A DNA stretch of 64,000 bases, taken from assembly GCF_964355755.1 (NCBI RefSeq), contig NC_092676.1, positions 253,788 through 317,787 on the forward strand, given 5' to 3'. Each line of letters begins with the position of its first letter. Position 1 is the stretch's first letter. The DNA is from Antedon mediterranea (Eukaryota > Animalia > Echinodermata). The notes beneath the pieces are model-generated. The model was not told the DNA's origin and searched no databases. It saw only the letters and a list, made by a program, of their open reading frames with translations. Shown here one piece after another: positions 12,757-25,448 of the stretch. The translations under genes were made by a program, and so were the position numbers.

Positions 12757-14233
12757 CAAAGTTAACATAAATATATTCAGCTAAATAAATTATATTAAAA
12801 TAAATAATTAGTTTATTTGGATGCCATGTCTTGTTTCTTATGCTCAAACTAACAGAACAAACATTCAAGAAATCAACACTTTATCCATATTCATTCCCTT
12901 TCACACATACTACAGATTAGTGCCATATATTAATTTAAGTTATTTTGTAGGCATTGCAAGGGTCATACTTGAAACTGTAGTAAAATCAATTACCTTTGTA
13001 TCACAGGTTTAATCCCATTCTAACTATTGTATTCTGTTTATCATCACCAACGGAGCTCCATGGTTACACAACAGTTGCAATAACAATACCACAATTACTG
13101 AAAATTTCTATTGTGAAAAGAGATTCAGTTTTATGGAAAAGTGATCAGTTTGTTCATGTACATTAGTATTTTAACCCCTACACCTGAATTAATATTGTGT
13201 AATTGGTGGTGTTTATTTAATATTGCTAACAAATGTTAATGTATTATACTGTTGCATACGGGTTAATTATTTTCTGTTAATTAATTGACATTATTTATTG
13301 TGTTTTTTGTATGTATGCAAATTAAAATGACCAATTAAAAAAATGTACTATCAATCTTCAAGATAAGCTAAATGACATCACAAAATGGAATGCAGATAGA
13401 AAAATGTTAATTTTGCTGTGACTCAGGTCACAAAACTGTGAAAATATTAACATTCTTCACAGACTAAAATACTATTTTGGAAGATTTTCAACTAATTATG
13501 AATACAATAAGGTACATTAGCAACTTCATTAATGTTACAAAGGAAGGAAAATGAACATTTATCTATAATATTATACACTTCCTGATAATTATGTAATGAC
13601 CTTTGACCTATTACTACTAGCTAATGTACATAGAACAATTTGTCACAATTAGTAACTATAAAATATGAAATGAATAATATAATAATAATAATAATTAATA
13701 TCTTGCTGATTTTTAAATTGTAAAGTATGTAGTAGATTTGATTGGAAATTGAATGTTTTGCAAATAATGTTACCATCGTCAGAAAAAAACCAATTTTATT
13801 GAGCTTTTTTAAGGAAGTATTATTAACACAGATAATTCACTTAGATATCCATAACAAAAAGAATACAGTACTGATAAGAATAACAAATTATTTGTTTTAA
13901 ACGGTGTTGGTAAATTGCTGTTAAAATTGTTACAGTTAATTGGTTACCTGTTGCATTAATAGTTAAATATTTGTAAAATATTTATATTTAAATAAAAACC
14001 ATATGCAATTTTAGCCATGTTTTGCTACAGAAAACTAATTGGATATTGTACATTATTCTTTAGCATACAAAAGTATTAATATTGATTTTTTCAAGTGTTT
14101 AAGATTCATAGAATTTTGTAGAAATAGATATAATATTTTTATAGATCCAAATTATAACACATTTATATCTTACTGTAATAGAAAATACTGACTGATATTG
14201 ATACCTTCCTGATTTACTTTTACAGGCTAAATA

Positions 14234-17200
14234 ATGACTGGACTTGTGGAGCAGGCGGTTGAGTACTGGAAATGGGCGGAATCTGTAGCAGGTAAGACGG
14301 ACTCAAATTAAGCATCTTCAAATTGTATTTAAACTTGTATTATTTATAATAGAGAATGCTATTATTTTCATTGCAGATGTAAGAACGAAAGACTTGTTTT
14401 TAATACCAAGCCCTATACCATCGTACAGCATTGCAATTCTGTATCTACTAGGTGTTTGGTATGGCCCTAAAATTATGGAGAATTACAAAGCATTTAAATT
14501 GAATCGTGTAATGGTAACCTATAATGCTGCCCTCATCCTATTGAATGCATTTGTTTTTAAAGAGGCAAGTTTTAACATTGTTTGTAGCAGTTCACTGGTT
14601 CCATTATTATTGTGTTTCACTGCTGTACAACTGAGTACCTTCTTAGTTAAATACTAAGCATTTAGCTGTGTATCAACCATACAGACCAATAAATAAACCT
14701 AGTACTGCGTTACAATATTTTGAGGATTCTATGGTTCAAATCCCTCTTTAGTTATTTAATCTCCTCCTTCCATTGATTGCCTTATGAAACATTTATTTAA
14801 CATTTTAAATGTATTTTACTTCATTTATCTGTTTCAACTATCAATTTAATACTCTCTCCTTTCAGTAAACACATGTTTGTATATTCTTCCTACAGTTCCT
14901 AATAACAACAGTATTTAATCCAAATTTTGATGTGTTTTGTCAAAAAGTTGATTATTCCAATGACCCACAAGCTGTCAGGGTGAGTTATTAGTTAAGTCAC
15001 TTTTTAGCAAATTAGGAACTTTAGTTAAGAATAAAAGCAAGAGAATCCGGGATTATTCAATGCAACAAGCCAGGCACTTTGTTTTAAATACAATTCTATT
15101 GCTTTTTTGTTCTATTACATTACATATGACATGATGATATGCCTGGATAAAAATGTGCCCACCTAACATTAATTTCATGATTGAATGTTCCTTTTATGTA
15201 CTTTGTGATTTTGAAAAGATATCAAATAGTACAGTACTGTCATTACTCGGATATAATGAGTATCTTCATTTGCATACAATACATACTTACCTGTATTGGT
15301 GCTCGTATAGATTTATACACAAAATAATCTTTCCCCCTTTTTTTTGTAATTTACATTCTCGATTCTAACCTCTTAACATTTGATACGATCTTTTTTATAA
15401 ATTCAGTATTCAATCTTCAAAAATTGGTTTTAATTTAAATTGTAGTACTTCATATGAAAACTGATTTTTCACAAGCATTGGTGAAATCCAGTATTTTATT
15501 TTTGCAATTCAGTTTATTTTTTAGAATATACTGTTTAAATGCTATTAGTACTGGTTGAGATACATTCAAACAGCTAGTATGTGCTCACCAGTGATCCTTA
15601 GTCTTATATCATTACTTATTTAAATATGTCAAAATATACACTACGCTCTTCATCCAATATAGAATAAAATATGTACATGTTGTGGTATTTTAATAGCTTT
15701 ATAATTCATTGGAAAATTCAATATTAACTTTTTTGTAGTTTTTCATTACTGTAAACTGTACTTTGTATTACTGTACTTGCTTTCATGGACTTAGTACTTA
15801 CTGTACAACAATTATATAAGCATGGACTGATCAGTACCAATTAAATGTATATATCCATGGTATACAGTAAGAAACCACCTGCTCTTCACTAATAAATACT
15901 TTCACAAGTGCATACAGGTGAATTCAAGCATATATAATTAAATTGTTTGAAAACAAGCTTTAGATCAGAACAATAATTTCATGCATTTCGGAAGTTGGCA
16001 CAATGTTTACCTTTTTGCAAAATTATTGAAAATCAATATTAAATTCATTGCACTTTAGTTACTGTAATTATTTTACAATAGATGATATTTTACTAAATTT
16101 CATTTTATCTTTGTTTAGTTAGCCAACGCTACATGGTGGTTTTTTTTCTCCAAGATCATTGAGTTAACAGACACAGTAAGTATATACTTGCCTAATGGTA
16201 ATACTTATTGCATAATGAGATTAGATATGAATTACGAAATGAAAGTTTGAAAGTCACTTACAAAGGTTAATTTGTTATCACAAGCAGCAAACATGATAAC
16301 AAATGGTGATATGATGAATCTCCTGCTGATGTGTATTGTCTGCACACTGACAGAGATTAGTTGATATGATGAATCTCCTGCTGATGTGTATTGACTGCAC
16401 ACTGACAGAGATTAGTTGATATGATGAATCTCCTGCTGATGTGTATTGTCTGCACACTGACAGAGATTAGTTGATATGATGAATCTCCTGCTGATGTGTA
16501 TTGTCTGCACACTGACAGAGATTAGTTGATATTATGAATCTCCTGCTGATGTGTATTGTCTGCACACTGACAGAGATTAGTTGATATGATGAATCTCCTG
16601 CTGATGTGTTTTGTCTGCACACTGACAGAGATTAGTTGATATGATGAATCTCCTGCTGATGTGTTTTGTCTGCACACTGACAGAGATTAGTTGATATGAT
16701 GAATCTCCTGCTGATGTGTTTTGTCTGTACACTGACAGAGATTAGTTGATATGATGAATCTCCTGCTGATGTGTTTTGTCTGTACACTGACAGAGATTAG
16801 TTGATATGATGAATCTCCTGCTGATGTGTTTTGTCTGCACACTGACAGAGATTAGTTGATATGATGAATCTCCTGCTGATGTGTATTGTCTGCACACTGA
16901 CAGAGATTAGTTGATATGATGAATCTCCTGCTGATGTGTTTTGTCTGCACACTGACAGAGATTAGTTGATATGATGAATCTCCTGCTGATGTGTATTGTC
17001 TGCACACTGACAGAGATTAGTTGATATGATGAATCTCCTGCTGATGTGTATTGTCTGCACACTGACAGAGATTAGTTGATATGATGAATCTCCTGCTGAT
17101 GTCTATTGACTGCACACTGACAGAGATTAGTTGATATGATGAATCTCCTGCTGATGTGTATTGACTGCACACTGACAGAGATTAGTTGATATGATGAATC

Positions 17201-18365
17201 TCCTGCTGATGTGTATTGTCTGCACACTGACAGAGATTAGTTGATATGATGAATCTCCTGCTGATGTGTATTGTCTGCACACTGACAGAGATTAGTTGAT
17301 ATGATGAATCTCCTGCTGATGTGTATTGACTGCACACTGACAGAGATTAATTGATATGATGAATCTCCTGCTGATGTGTATTGTCTGCACACTGACAGAG
17401 ATTAGTTCTTATACAAATAATGAATGTTTATGAGTTGAATGGTGAAAATATTTCATGAGTTAAAAGACTCTTTCTATTTAATGAGGTGGAGCTGAGTTAA
17501 ATAGAACAATGAATCTTTGAGACCTAATTTTCATTACGTTTTTGTAACTCCTCATGTTTTTTTTTTTTATAGGTTTTCTTTATACTTCGCAAAAAACACA
17601 ACCAAATCTCCTTCTTACATGTATATCATCATTCAACCATGGTCATGCTCTGGTGGATCGGAGTACGATGGGTTGCCGGTGGTAACTGTAAGTAATGTTG
17701 TGACTAAATCATTTGTTTGCCATGTCTAAAATACATTTACTATAAACTGGACATATTTCCTTAAATTTAACTTAAACTCAATCAGATTTTTAACAATTTA
17801 ATAATTTAAGAATTATGATTCTTATATATTATGACTTTTCATCCTCAGCTTATATGTGTGCCACTGTAAACACATTTATTCATGTTGTAATGTATGGTTA
17901 CTACTTGTTGTCAGCTTGTGGACCAGCTGTCAGGAAACATCTTTGGTGGAAGAAGTATTTAACAGCTTTGCAATTGGTAATTCATTTTTTAAAAATAAAA
18001 TCAGAAACCAATTGTTTTTGGTAATGGACTTAAATCAGTCTGTAGTAAACCGCTTAAATTTGATCAATTAATATTATTTTGTTGTCTTTTTTATTTAGGC
18101 CCAGTTTGTTTTCATTCTACTCCATACCCTGAACACTCTACGTGTCAACTGTGATGTACGTCACCGTCCATACATGGTAACATTAATGTTCTACCTCATA
18201 AGCCATATTGTACTGTTTGCTGAATTTTTTCATAAGACGTACGTGAGCATTAAAAGTAAACCAAAAGGTGCAACACGGAATGGACATACATCATCTAATA
18301 AGCAGGCTACCAATGGCAGTTATAACTTAAGACAACGACCAGGAAAAGCATCGCAGAAAAATTAA
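14234..18365 (+). CDS. Elongation of very long chain fatty acids protein, ELOVL4/8-like (copy 2), 298 aa, 7 coding exons
   Basis: Exons 14234-14291, 14377-14564 (GC donor GCAAGT), 14896-14979, 16119-16175, 17573-17687, 17849-17976, 18099-18365 (897 nt). Motifs [45 protein letters not shown]. Confidence 0.92.
16308..17407. repeat. 55-bp minisatellite, 20 near-identical copies, inside ELOVL copy 2 intron 4
   Basis: Unit GATATGATGAATCTCCTGCTGATGTGT(A/T)TTG(T/A)CTG(C/T)ACACTGACAGAGATTAGTT, contiguous with no spacers. Confidence 0.97.
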
Positions 18366-19877
18366 TAGTTACAATAATATACCATTGGAAATTGCATTAC
18401 TGTATATCTTTACTTATTTGACCTTTATTGTTTTAGCTTATGTCAAAGACCAAAAATAAATCATTTGTATGTTTTTACTGACAACCACAACTAATTTGAT
18501 TATTCCTGAGTAACTTAACACAAATTGCTGCCAATAACAATTAACTAAACACATCAATTGTTATTGGCAGACTTTTATGCAGTTAATTAACCACAATGCA
18601 GTTCAAATTTCATTTAGTCAGGTGATTCTTGTGTGTTTTACCACCAGTCAGGTCATCCTTGTGTGTTTTACCACCAGTCAGGTCATCCTTGTGTGTTTTA
18701 TCACCACCACACACCATAATCGGTGGTTTTGCATTGGAAACATTCCATCAATGCATGGTTAAATCAGTTATTTTTTAATAAGCTTGTAAAACTGACCAGT
18801 TTGCACTGATCAATTAAGTAAAAAGTGATATTGCTTATAGAAGTATTAAGTTGCATTTCTTATAAATCAATCTCGGAAATGCATCATCAAATGACATATA
18901 TCCATATTGAATGTTGCCTTATGTTTTTATACTATCTTGATTGAGTGCTATTTTTAAATTATTTTCTTTAACTTTAATCAGTCCATAGACCTGTTATTAC
19001 AGGTTTTTACACCGTTAAATGATGTTAGGGAAACAAATTGCAAAGGATCTCAATTGTGATATGAAGTCAGTGGGCATTAGTGCACAATTGTAGATTGCAA
19101 TTTATTGATTGTAACAATGTGTACAACATCCCAAAATGATTTAACCCTATCCCTAACAATGTGTACAACACCCCAAAATGATTTAACCCTAACCCTAATG
19201 TGTACAACACCCCAAAATGATTTAATTAAATTAATGTTTACTTGTGCAATATCAAAACATTTGGAATTTATAAAACTGTACTTAAAAAATGGGAGAAATA
19301 TTTGAAAATATATGTTTTTGTACCTGATATCTTTTGCTGATTTAAATGCCAATTGTTTCTTGGGACCACAGCAAAGGATAAGAATAAAAGTGTTACTATG
19401 TAACTGAAATTAGTTGTTCAATGCTGTAAAACTTTTATATATTAATAGTATATATTGTATGCAATCTTTCTTTAAAATAAGTTTTATTAAACATAGTCAG
19501 CTGTTAATCGACTTCTATCCGGGGTTGAGTTGTTCAATTAATGTTAAGGGATCAATAAACAAATTTATATTCATATTTCTGTTGTATGCATTGCAAATTG
19601 TCAAATAGTCATGTGTTGTTGAATGAACCTTATCTAGAGAATTTGCTAATTCATCGCTATTATTGTATCAACACACAAATCGTACAACCATCATTTATTA
19701 TCATGATACCTTTGTGCATTTAATTATAATGTACTTTCTGATTTGTGCCTCTATACCATAGTTGTTATTAATCTAAATAATTGTATGAATGAAATTGGAC
19801 AAACTATAAGAGTAATTGTCAGGAAATATTTGTTATATTTTAACTTCATGTAGATGTGAATCTTTGATATTTACTTA

Positions 19878-19957
19878 AGCTTGGTTTCCACTAGGACGTA
19901 ATTGTAGTAATAATGGTGATCGTCGACATTGCGTTACGTTCTAATGGGAACCAATCT
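19878..19957. mobile_element. Internally deleted PIF/Harbinger-type MITE (family A)
   Basis: TTA followed by AGCTTGGTTTCCACTAGGACG...CGTTCTAATGGGAACCAATCT; same termini as the copies at 43.6-55.5 kb. Confidence 0.65.
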
Positions 19958-21069
19958 TGTTTTATTTGTACTGTAAAATATTTAATTGTAAGCAAATCAT
20001 GGCTTGCTTAATTTTATTAAACAAATGCTTAATTTATTTCATTAAACAAGTACTTAAGTTATTTCTTAAGCAAATAATTAATTTCTTAAGTAAATACTTA
20101 ATTTAATTTCTTAAGTAAATACTTAATTTAATTTTGTAAGCAAATACTTAATTTTATTTCTTTGCAATCGTTATCACTTTAGATTTGTATTATTTTATAG
20201 ATGAGTATTTGTATATTTTGTTGCAATAATTTCTAATAATAATGATAGTTAAGTAATGGGCTACAGTAGGATTATCTTTGTTGTATACAATTATTCCTGT
20301 TTAAATGATACAGACTTCCATCCATATCTCTCTAGAAATTTACTTAAAACCATTTTCAGAAACCAATGGAGGCTCATAATAACAATGCTTTAGGTATCAG
20401 TAGCTGTATCTCAATGGAGATACAATAAATAAAATAAGCAAAAAGCTAGATAGAATAATATCTTTTTATTTGCAAAATGGCTGAAATTCTCAATTTCTCA
20501 ATGAACTTTCTTATTTCTGTTGACTACTTCATAGACTATGTAATTCAGAAGAACTTTTGGTGAATTGTTATTTGTGATTTTGACAGTAGTTTGTGTGTGC
20601 CCAGCTGTCCACTGTCTTATCCATGGTAAATATATGTTTTACAAAAGTATCAAGAGATACAAATTGAAGTTATTGCTTGCTTTCAGTTTTTACTTCTTTA
20701 TACACTTGTCCTACTGCTTTCAACTGTATTTTACTTTTAAATGTGAGTGGATAAATTTGTCGTGAATCACAAATTAAGTCTGTCTTTGCTTTCTGTTTCG
20801 TTTGTATACAAACTAAAATGTGGTATCTTCCTGAAGAAAGCGCTTGACGATATCTAAAAAATAAACTGAGACATAGATGATGATGTCTGAAATGACTTTA
20901 TATGATCATATGATATGGTCATCAAAATTGTTCAGGCAGATATAAAGTTTAAAACAAACAGTTGATGTTATCCTCCTATTACAATATAATTACTACTTTG
21001 GAATTAAAACCACATTTAACTATGGCATAATTTATTAAATCCTCACAGCAACAAATATTTTGTGTTTAG

Positions 21070-21393
21070 CTAGCTGCGCGCGACCTGTAATTTTAAAGCG
21101 CTAAAAAATCTCCCCTACGCAATATGATTGCGCAGGTATTTTGCATATATTATGTACATTAGTATGATTGGTCAAATTTCAAGGTCTTTGTTTTCAGCCA
21201 ATAAAATGAATTCTAGCGATGACGTCCAAAAAGTTTTTTGTCAAATTTTCAATTCTCATATACCGCGGCGCCGGCCACACGCAAAAGCCACACCACAAAA
21301 CCACAATCTTTCTGTAACAACATTTTATGCCCAATTAATCAGTTAGGCCAAGGCTATTTTGTGGTGTAAATTTGATAATGTATTTTTCGAAAT
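21070..21393 (+). promoter_or_regulatory. Putative promoter of the bHLH gene
   Basis: Locally CpG-enriched. CCAAT boxes (ATTGG ~21167, CCAAT ~21198), CRE-like TGACGTC ~21220, and GCGCGCG ~21076. Confidence 0.45.
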
Positions 21394-24300
21394 ATGGAGT
21401 ACTACAGTTGGGTGAGTACAATCTAATTAATAAATAATTAAATGTAAATATTAGGCCTTTGTTGGTAGGAGGCTCATCCTTTTTTGCCTTGTCTTCCTTG
21501 TTAGACTTGGTTCGGATGATCAGCTGGCTGAACTTGCAGTTTCAGCCTAGCCTAGGCCTAGCTAGGTCATCAGTACCCACTCGGCCTACCAGCAGTTGCA
21601 ATGTTAAATAATTTAAAAGATACTGTCCTACCTTCCTGGACCTAGGCTAGGCCTAGTTACTAAGGCCTAGGCTAGTAGTAGCCTAGTAGTAGTAGCCTAT
21701 ATAGGCCTAGGCCTAGGACTATATGTATGGATTAGTTAGGCCTATCTCAAATATGATTTCGAAAGTAATGATTCGATTTTGTTTTTTTTTAATATACAAG
21801 CAAAATGAGACATGTACTTCTAAAAGTTTTAGTGAACAATGTTATGAACCTCTAATAACTGACAGTGATAAAGTGCGGAAACGAAGAGAAGCAGATGCAA
21901 AATGCCGTGCAAACATAGCAGAATGTTATCGTCGTCTTAAAGCTCATGTTCATCTTGATTCAAAATTGTCTAAGGTAGATTTTGGTTTCATTTTTAAATT
22001 CGAAGAGGCGGAAAATTATATGGAGATAGACTACACAACTAAAGTTTATGTAGTAGAAAGTATGGTGACAAGACCTCTGTGAAAGCTATCTGAATTTTGC
22101 CACTAGCCTATTATAGTATAGGCTAGAAAGATGCAATTGCAAGATAAGTGAAGTATAATTTCTAAAGATAATTTTATAGTATTGTATACCATTCCCATAC
22201 TTTAAAGTTTTTACTTTTTCTATACTTATGACTTCTATGTACTGTTTTCTTCATGTAGGCTCGTGTTTTGCAAGAATCATTGCTTAAAATTTACTATCTT
22301 GAAGCAATTGTTTCATTGCAGCTACAGAATTTACAAATAGGTAGGATAACTTAATTTATAACAGCAGTAGTAGTAAGTATAATATTGTAGTATAGGCTTG
22401 CAGTGGCAGTTCCAGGATTTGAAATGAGGGAGGGAGGCAGGACATAAAAAAAGCTTTTGCATTATAATCTAATTTTTAATTTTTTATTGGTTCATAGCTT
22501 CACCATTCTGGAAGCAAGTTACACTTCAATCATTTCATCAAGAATTCATTGAAGGCTATAAAGAAGGAGTTGAAATGAAAAAGAAAACCAAGAAATCCAA
22601 GATGGATGGCTATGCAGCATCTAGTAACAGGTTGTTATGTACAAAAAAATGGAGGCCTGTCAAATTTTAGATATTGTAACTTCAATTAACAAAATATAAT
22701 CTTAATTGTTAATGTTTTTATCTACTAAACAAGCATTTTTTTACACCATTTTTAATTCTGGTTGGGAACCAACTTATTTTGGTAAATTGGAACTGTTTCA
22801 GTATTAAATGGTTATTTTAGGATATTTTATGAATAATTTTTGTGTGCAAAATATTATTTTAGACACTATAAGACTACCATTATTATTGCCATTAATATTC
22901 ATCATCCTTGAAAAACAACCTATTTTATTTTTTACAGTACAAAAGTAAATATTGGAGCACCAGCAGCAATGTATACAGATCAAGTAGTACCATCATCTCC
23001 TGTTGATTATCAATATCAATCAATCAATCAATATCAAGTGCATTTTAAAACTAGTCAATTAGAACCATTCAGACAACAAAGTAAGAACTAAGTTTGTAAC
23101 ATCACCATCAAATAAATTATAAAATTGATAGCTAAAAATAATACTATACCCAACTTCTGTGTAAGGAATAATTGGGTCATCCTATATTTATGTTTTTCTG
23201 TATTAATATATGATTTGAAATAAAACAAGCAAATTAAATACCAAAAACTGACAATTGTTTTTTTTTTTTTAATGTTTGGTATAATATAGATATATCAAGT
23301 ATGATGGGTGGTAATAGAATTACATGTATAACACCAGATCTTACTTGTAATGAAGTCATCATTGAGTAAGTACAGTAATATATTTATATTCAATAAAACT
23401 TATCATCATTATGATATTGCTTTAAAAACTATAATTTTTTTTTAAATCGAAAATAGGTGTCATAAGGTTAATTGTAAGACACCCTCTTACAGGGTTGTTA
23501 CTTTTATGAAATGGTTTGAGTGTTTTGTTTTGTTAATGGGAAGCATTAATACAGATACCAAAATGGTGTTGTCGTTTTACCTCTTACAGTGACATTTCAT
23601 TCGATAAGTTTCAAACTCCAAAAAACTATCCATTAATTCTTCAACATAATGCTCCAAAAAAATGTAAACCGCCTCAAGATGGAACACACAATAACAGAAA
23701 ACGTAAACTTGATTTTGGTGAATCAGATGATTATGTTGTTGAAATGTTCCGTAACAAAAAGGTAATCATTTTTTTTCTGATGTTATTTGTGAAACTAATG
23801 TGTTTATTGATTTAAAAAAAACAACAAACTAATGTATATTGTAACACAAACATCACATGTTTTTGTAGAGAAAGGCTGATAAGAAACGATTAAAGAAACA
23901 AAACAGTTCAGCTCGAACAAGACCATGGGTGTGGGTCCGAATCATTCAATATTATAGAGAAAGGTAGTTGGATTTATGTTTAACAAGATATTTTAACATT
24001 GGATTTAAATTCATATTAAAAAGTCTGTTAATAAAAATTGTGAACATATATTATTATTGTATATTTGTATATGAATTTATATTAGAATAACAGTAAATTT
24101 GACCATTCCCCACCCACTAACAAAATGATTTTGTTATAGTGAGGACTGTTGTGATGAGGAAGAGATAGATGTTGTTGCTGACTTTAAACCTTGCATACAT
24201 CTGGGAATTCCAACAATGTGAGTTATTATATTGAAAAATTATTTGAAACCTGTTCACTGATGCTATTAAAGACCCTTACAAAGATGAAGAGCACCAATTT

Positions 24301-25448
24301 GAATCCCAAGATATTTGAATGTAGAAAATTTATTTTTGTTTGAAAGTTTGTTAATATTTAACTTTGCAGAAAAGATGAGCCTTTTGATGAAGAAGGATAT
24401 TACGTCCAACAAATGAACGACATGGATGATGATGAGCAGGCAGATGCAGAGGATGACGGCATCTTGACCATGATACTAGCAATGGAAAATGAATTTTCAA
24501 GTTCTAGTAGCCCAGGCTGTTTAGATACGTTCATGGGAAATAATGAAGATGATGACCAGTTTGAAATGTACGGCATAATGACATCAAATGAGTCTTCTTC
24601 AACTCACTCATCACCGGTAGCCTTCACTGATGTTGCTATGGATACAGACTTCTTCAACGCTGTGAAATTCTCCGACTTCCAACAAGACATGCTGCCACAA
24701 AGGTCACAATCGATTTCCTTGACTCCGTCTGATAAAAACAGCATGTTCTGTTTTGAAAATGATGAGGACCTGTCCAGTGGTGATCTTACATGTTATGAGG
24801 ATGACCTACACGGAACAAGTTCTTTCAGTTTACAAAAGAATATTGGAGATATGGGATCTGTTAAATGTAATGAGTTGGAAGACTCTAAAGAATCCATTAT
24901 GAGATGGTTTAATTCTGCTGATTATGGTGGTCACAAAGAGAAAACAGTTAACTTCTCTTCTCTCGATTATTCTCCAGTAAGTTCATTTCTTTATCCATGC
25001 TGTCATTAATGTATTTACTAATCCGTTCATGCATTCATTAATTTGTTCAAGCAAATATTTCTGAATGTTATTAGAATGTGACAATTTCTTTGTTTACAGT
25101 CTACAGCAGCAAGTTCATTAGCCAATCAAGTGGTGCCACAGTTAGAATGTGAAGAAGATTTTGCAGACATGTTTGACCTGGGTTTATCACCTCCAATTAA
25201 GGTATAGGATTATAAATGTTTTTGATTATTTTTCACAAATATACTTGGCGAATGGTTTGCAAACAAATATGTAATGAATGAAGCATACTTTGACCCTAAC
25301 CACAATATTTTTAGTTTAAATTGATTAAATCAATCTTATTCCAAAACTACAAAAAAAATTAATTTTTGCTGGATGTGATTATGTTTTGCAGTGGATTCTG
25401 CCAGATGATCAGCTTGTGCGCTATGAAGGTTTAGATGACATACATTAA
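21394..25448 (+). CDS. Atypical bHLH transcription factor, STRA8-like, 578 aa, 12 coding exons
   Basis: Exons 21394-21411, 21801-21974, 22259-22340, 22498-22630, 22938-23080, 23290-23365, 23590-23761, 23869-23963, 24140-24217, 24370-24976, 25100-25201, 25392-25448; all GT-AG, phases close (1737 nt). bHLH: RKRREADAKCRANIAECYRRLKAHVHLDSKLSK|ARVLQESLLKIYYLEAIV. Long acidic C-terminal region. The gene model is well supported; the family assignment is less certain. Confidence 0.75.

Noticed and set aside
16308-17407. Regular repeat array resembling CRISPR
   Set aside because: Units are contiguous with no unique spacers, there are no cas genes, and the context is a eukaryotic intron.
20900-21393. 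Retinoic-acid response element upstream of the STRA8-like gene
   Set aside because: Only degenerate half-sites (TGGTCA, AGGTCT) with non-canonical spacing; no DR2 or DR5.
24632-24645. RFX X-box-like GTTGCTATGGATAC
   Set aside because: Lies inside a coding exon, far from the ciliary gene promoter; likely coincidental.
21394-25448. Calling the bHLH gene MYC or MEIOSIN
   Set aside because: EEIDVV is MYC-like, but the bHLH is N-terminal and lacks HNxxERxRR and MYC boxes I/II. I found no HMG box of the MEIOSIN type in the model.
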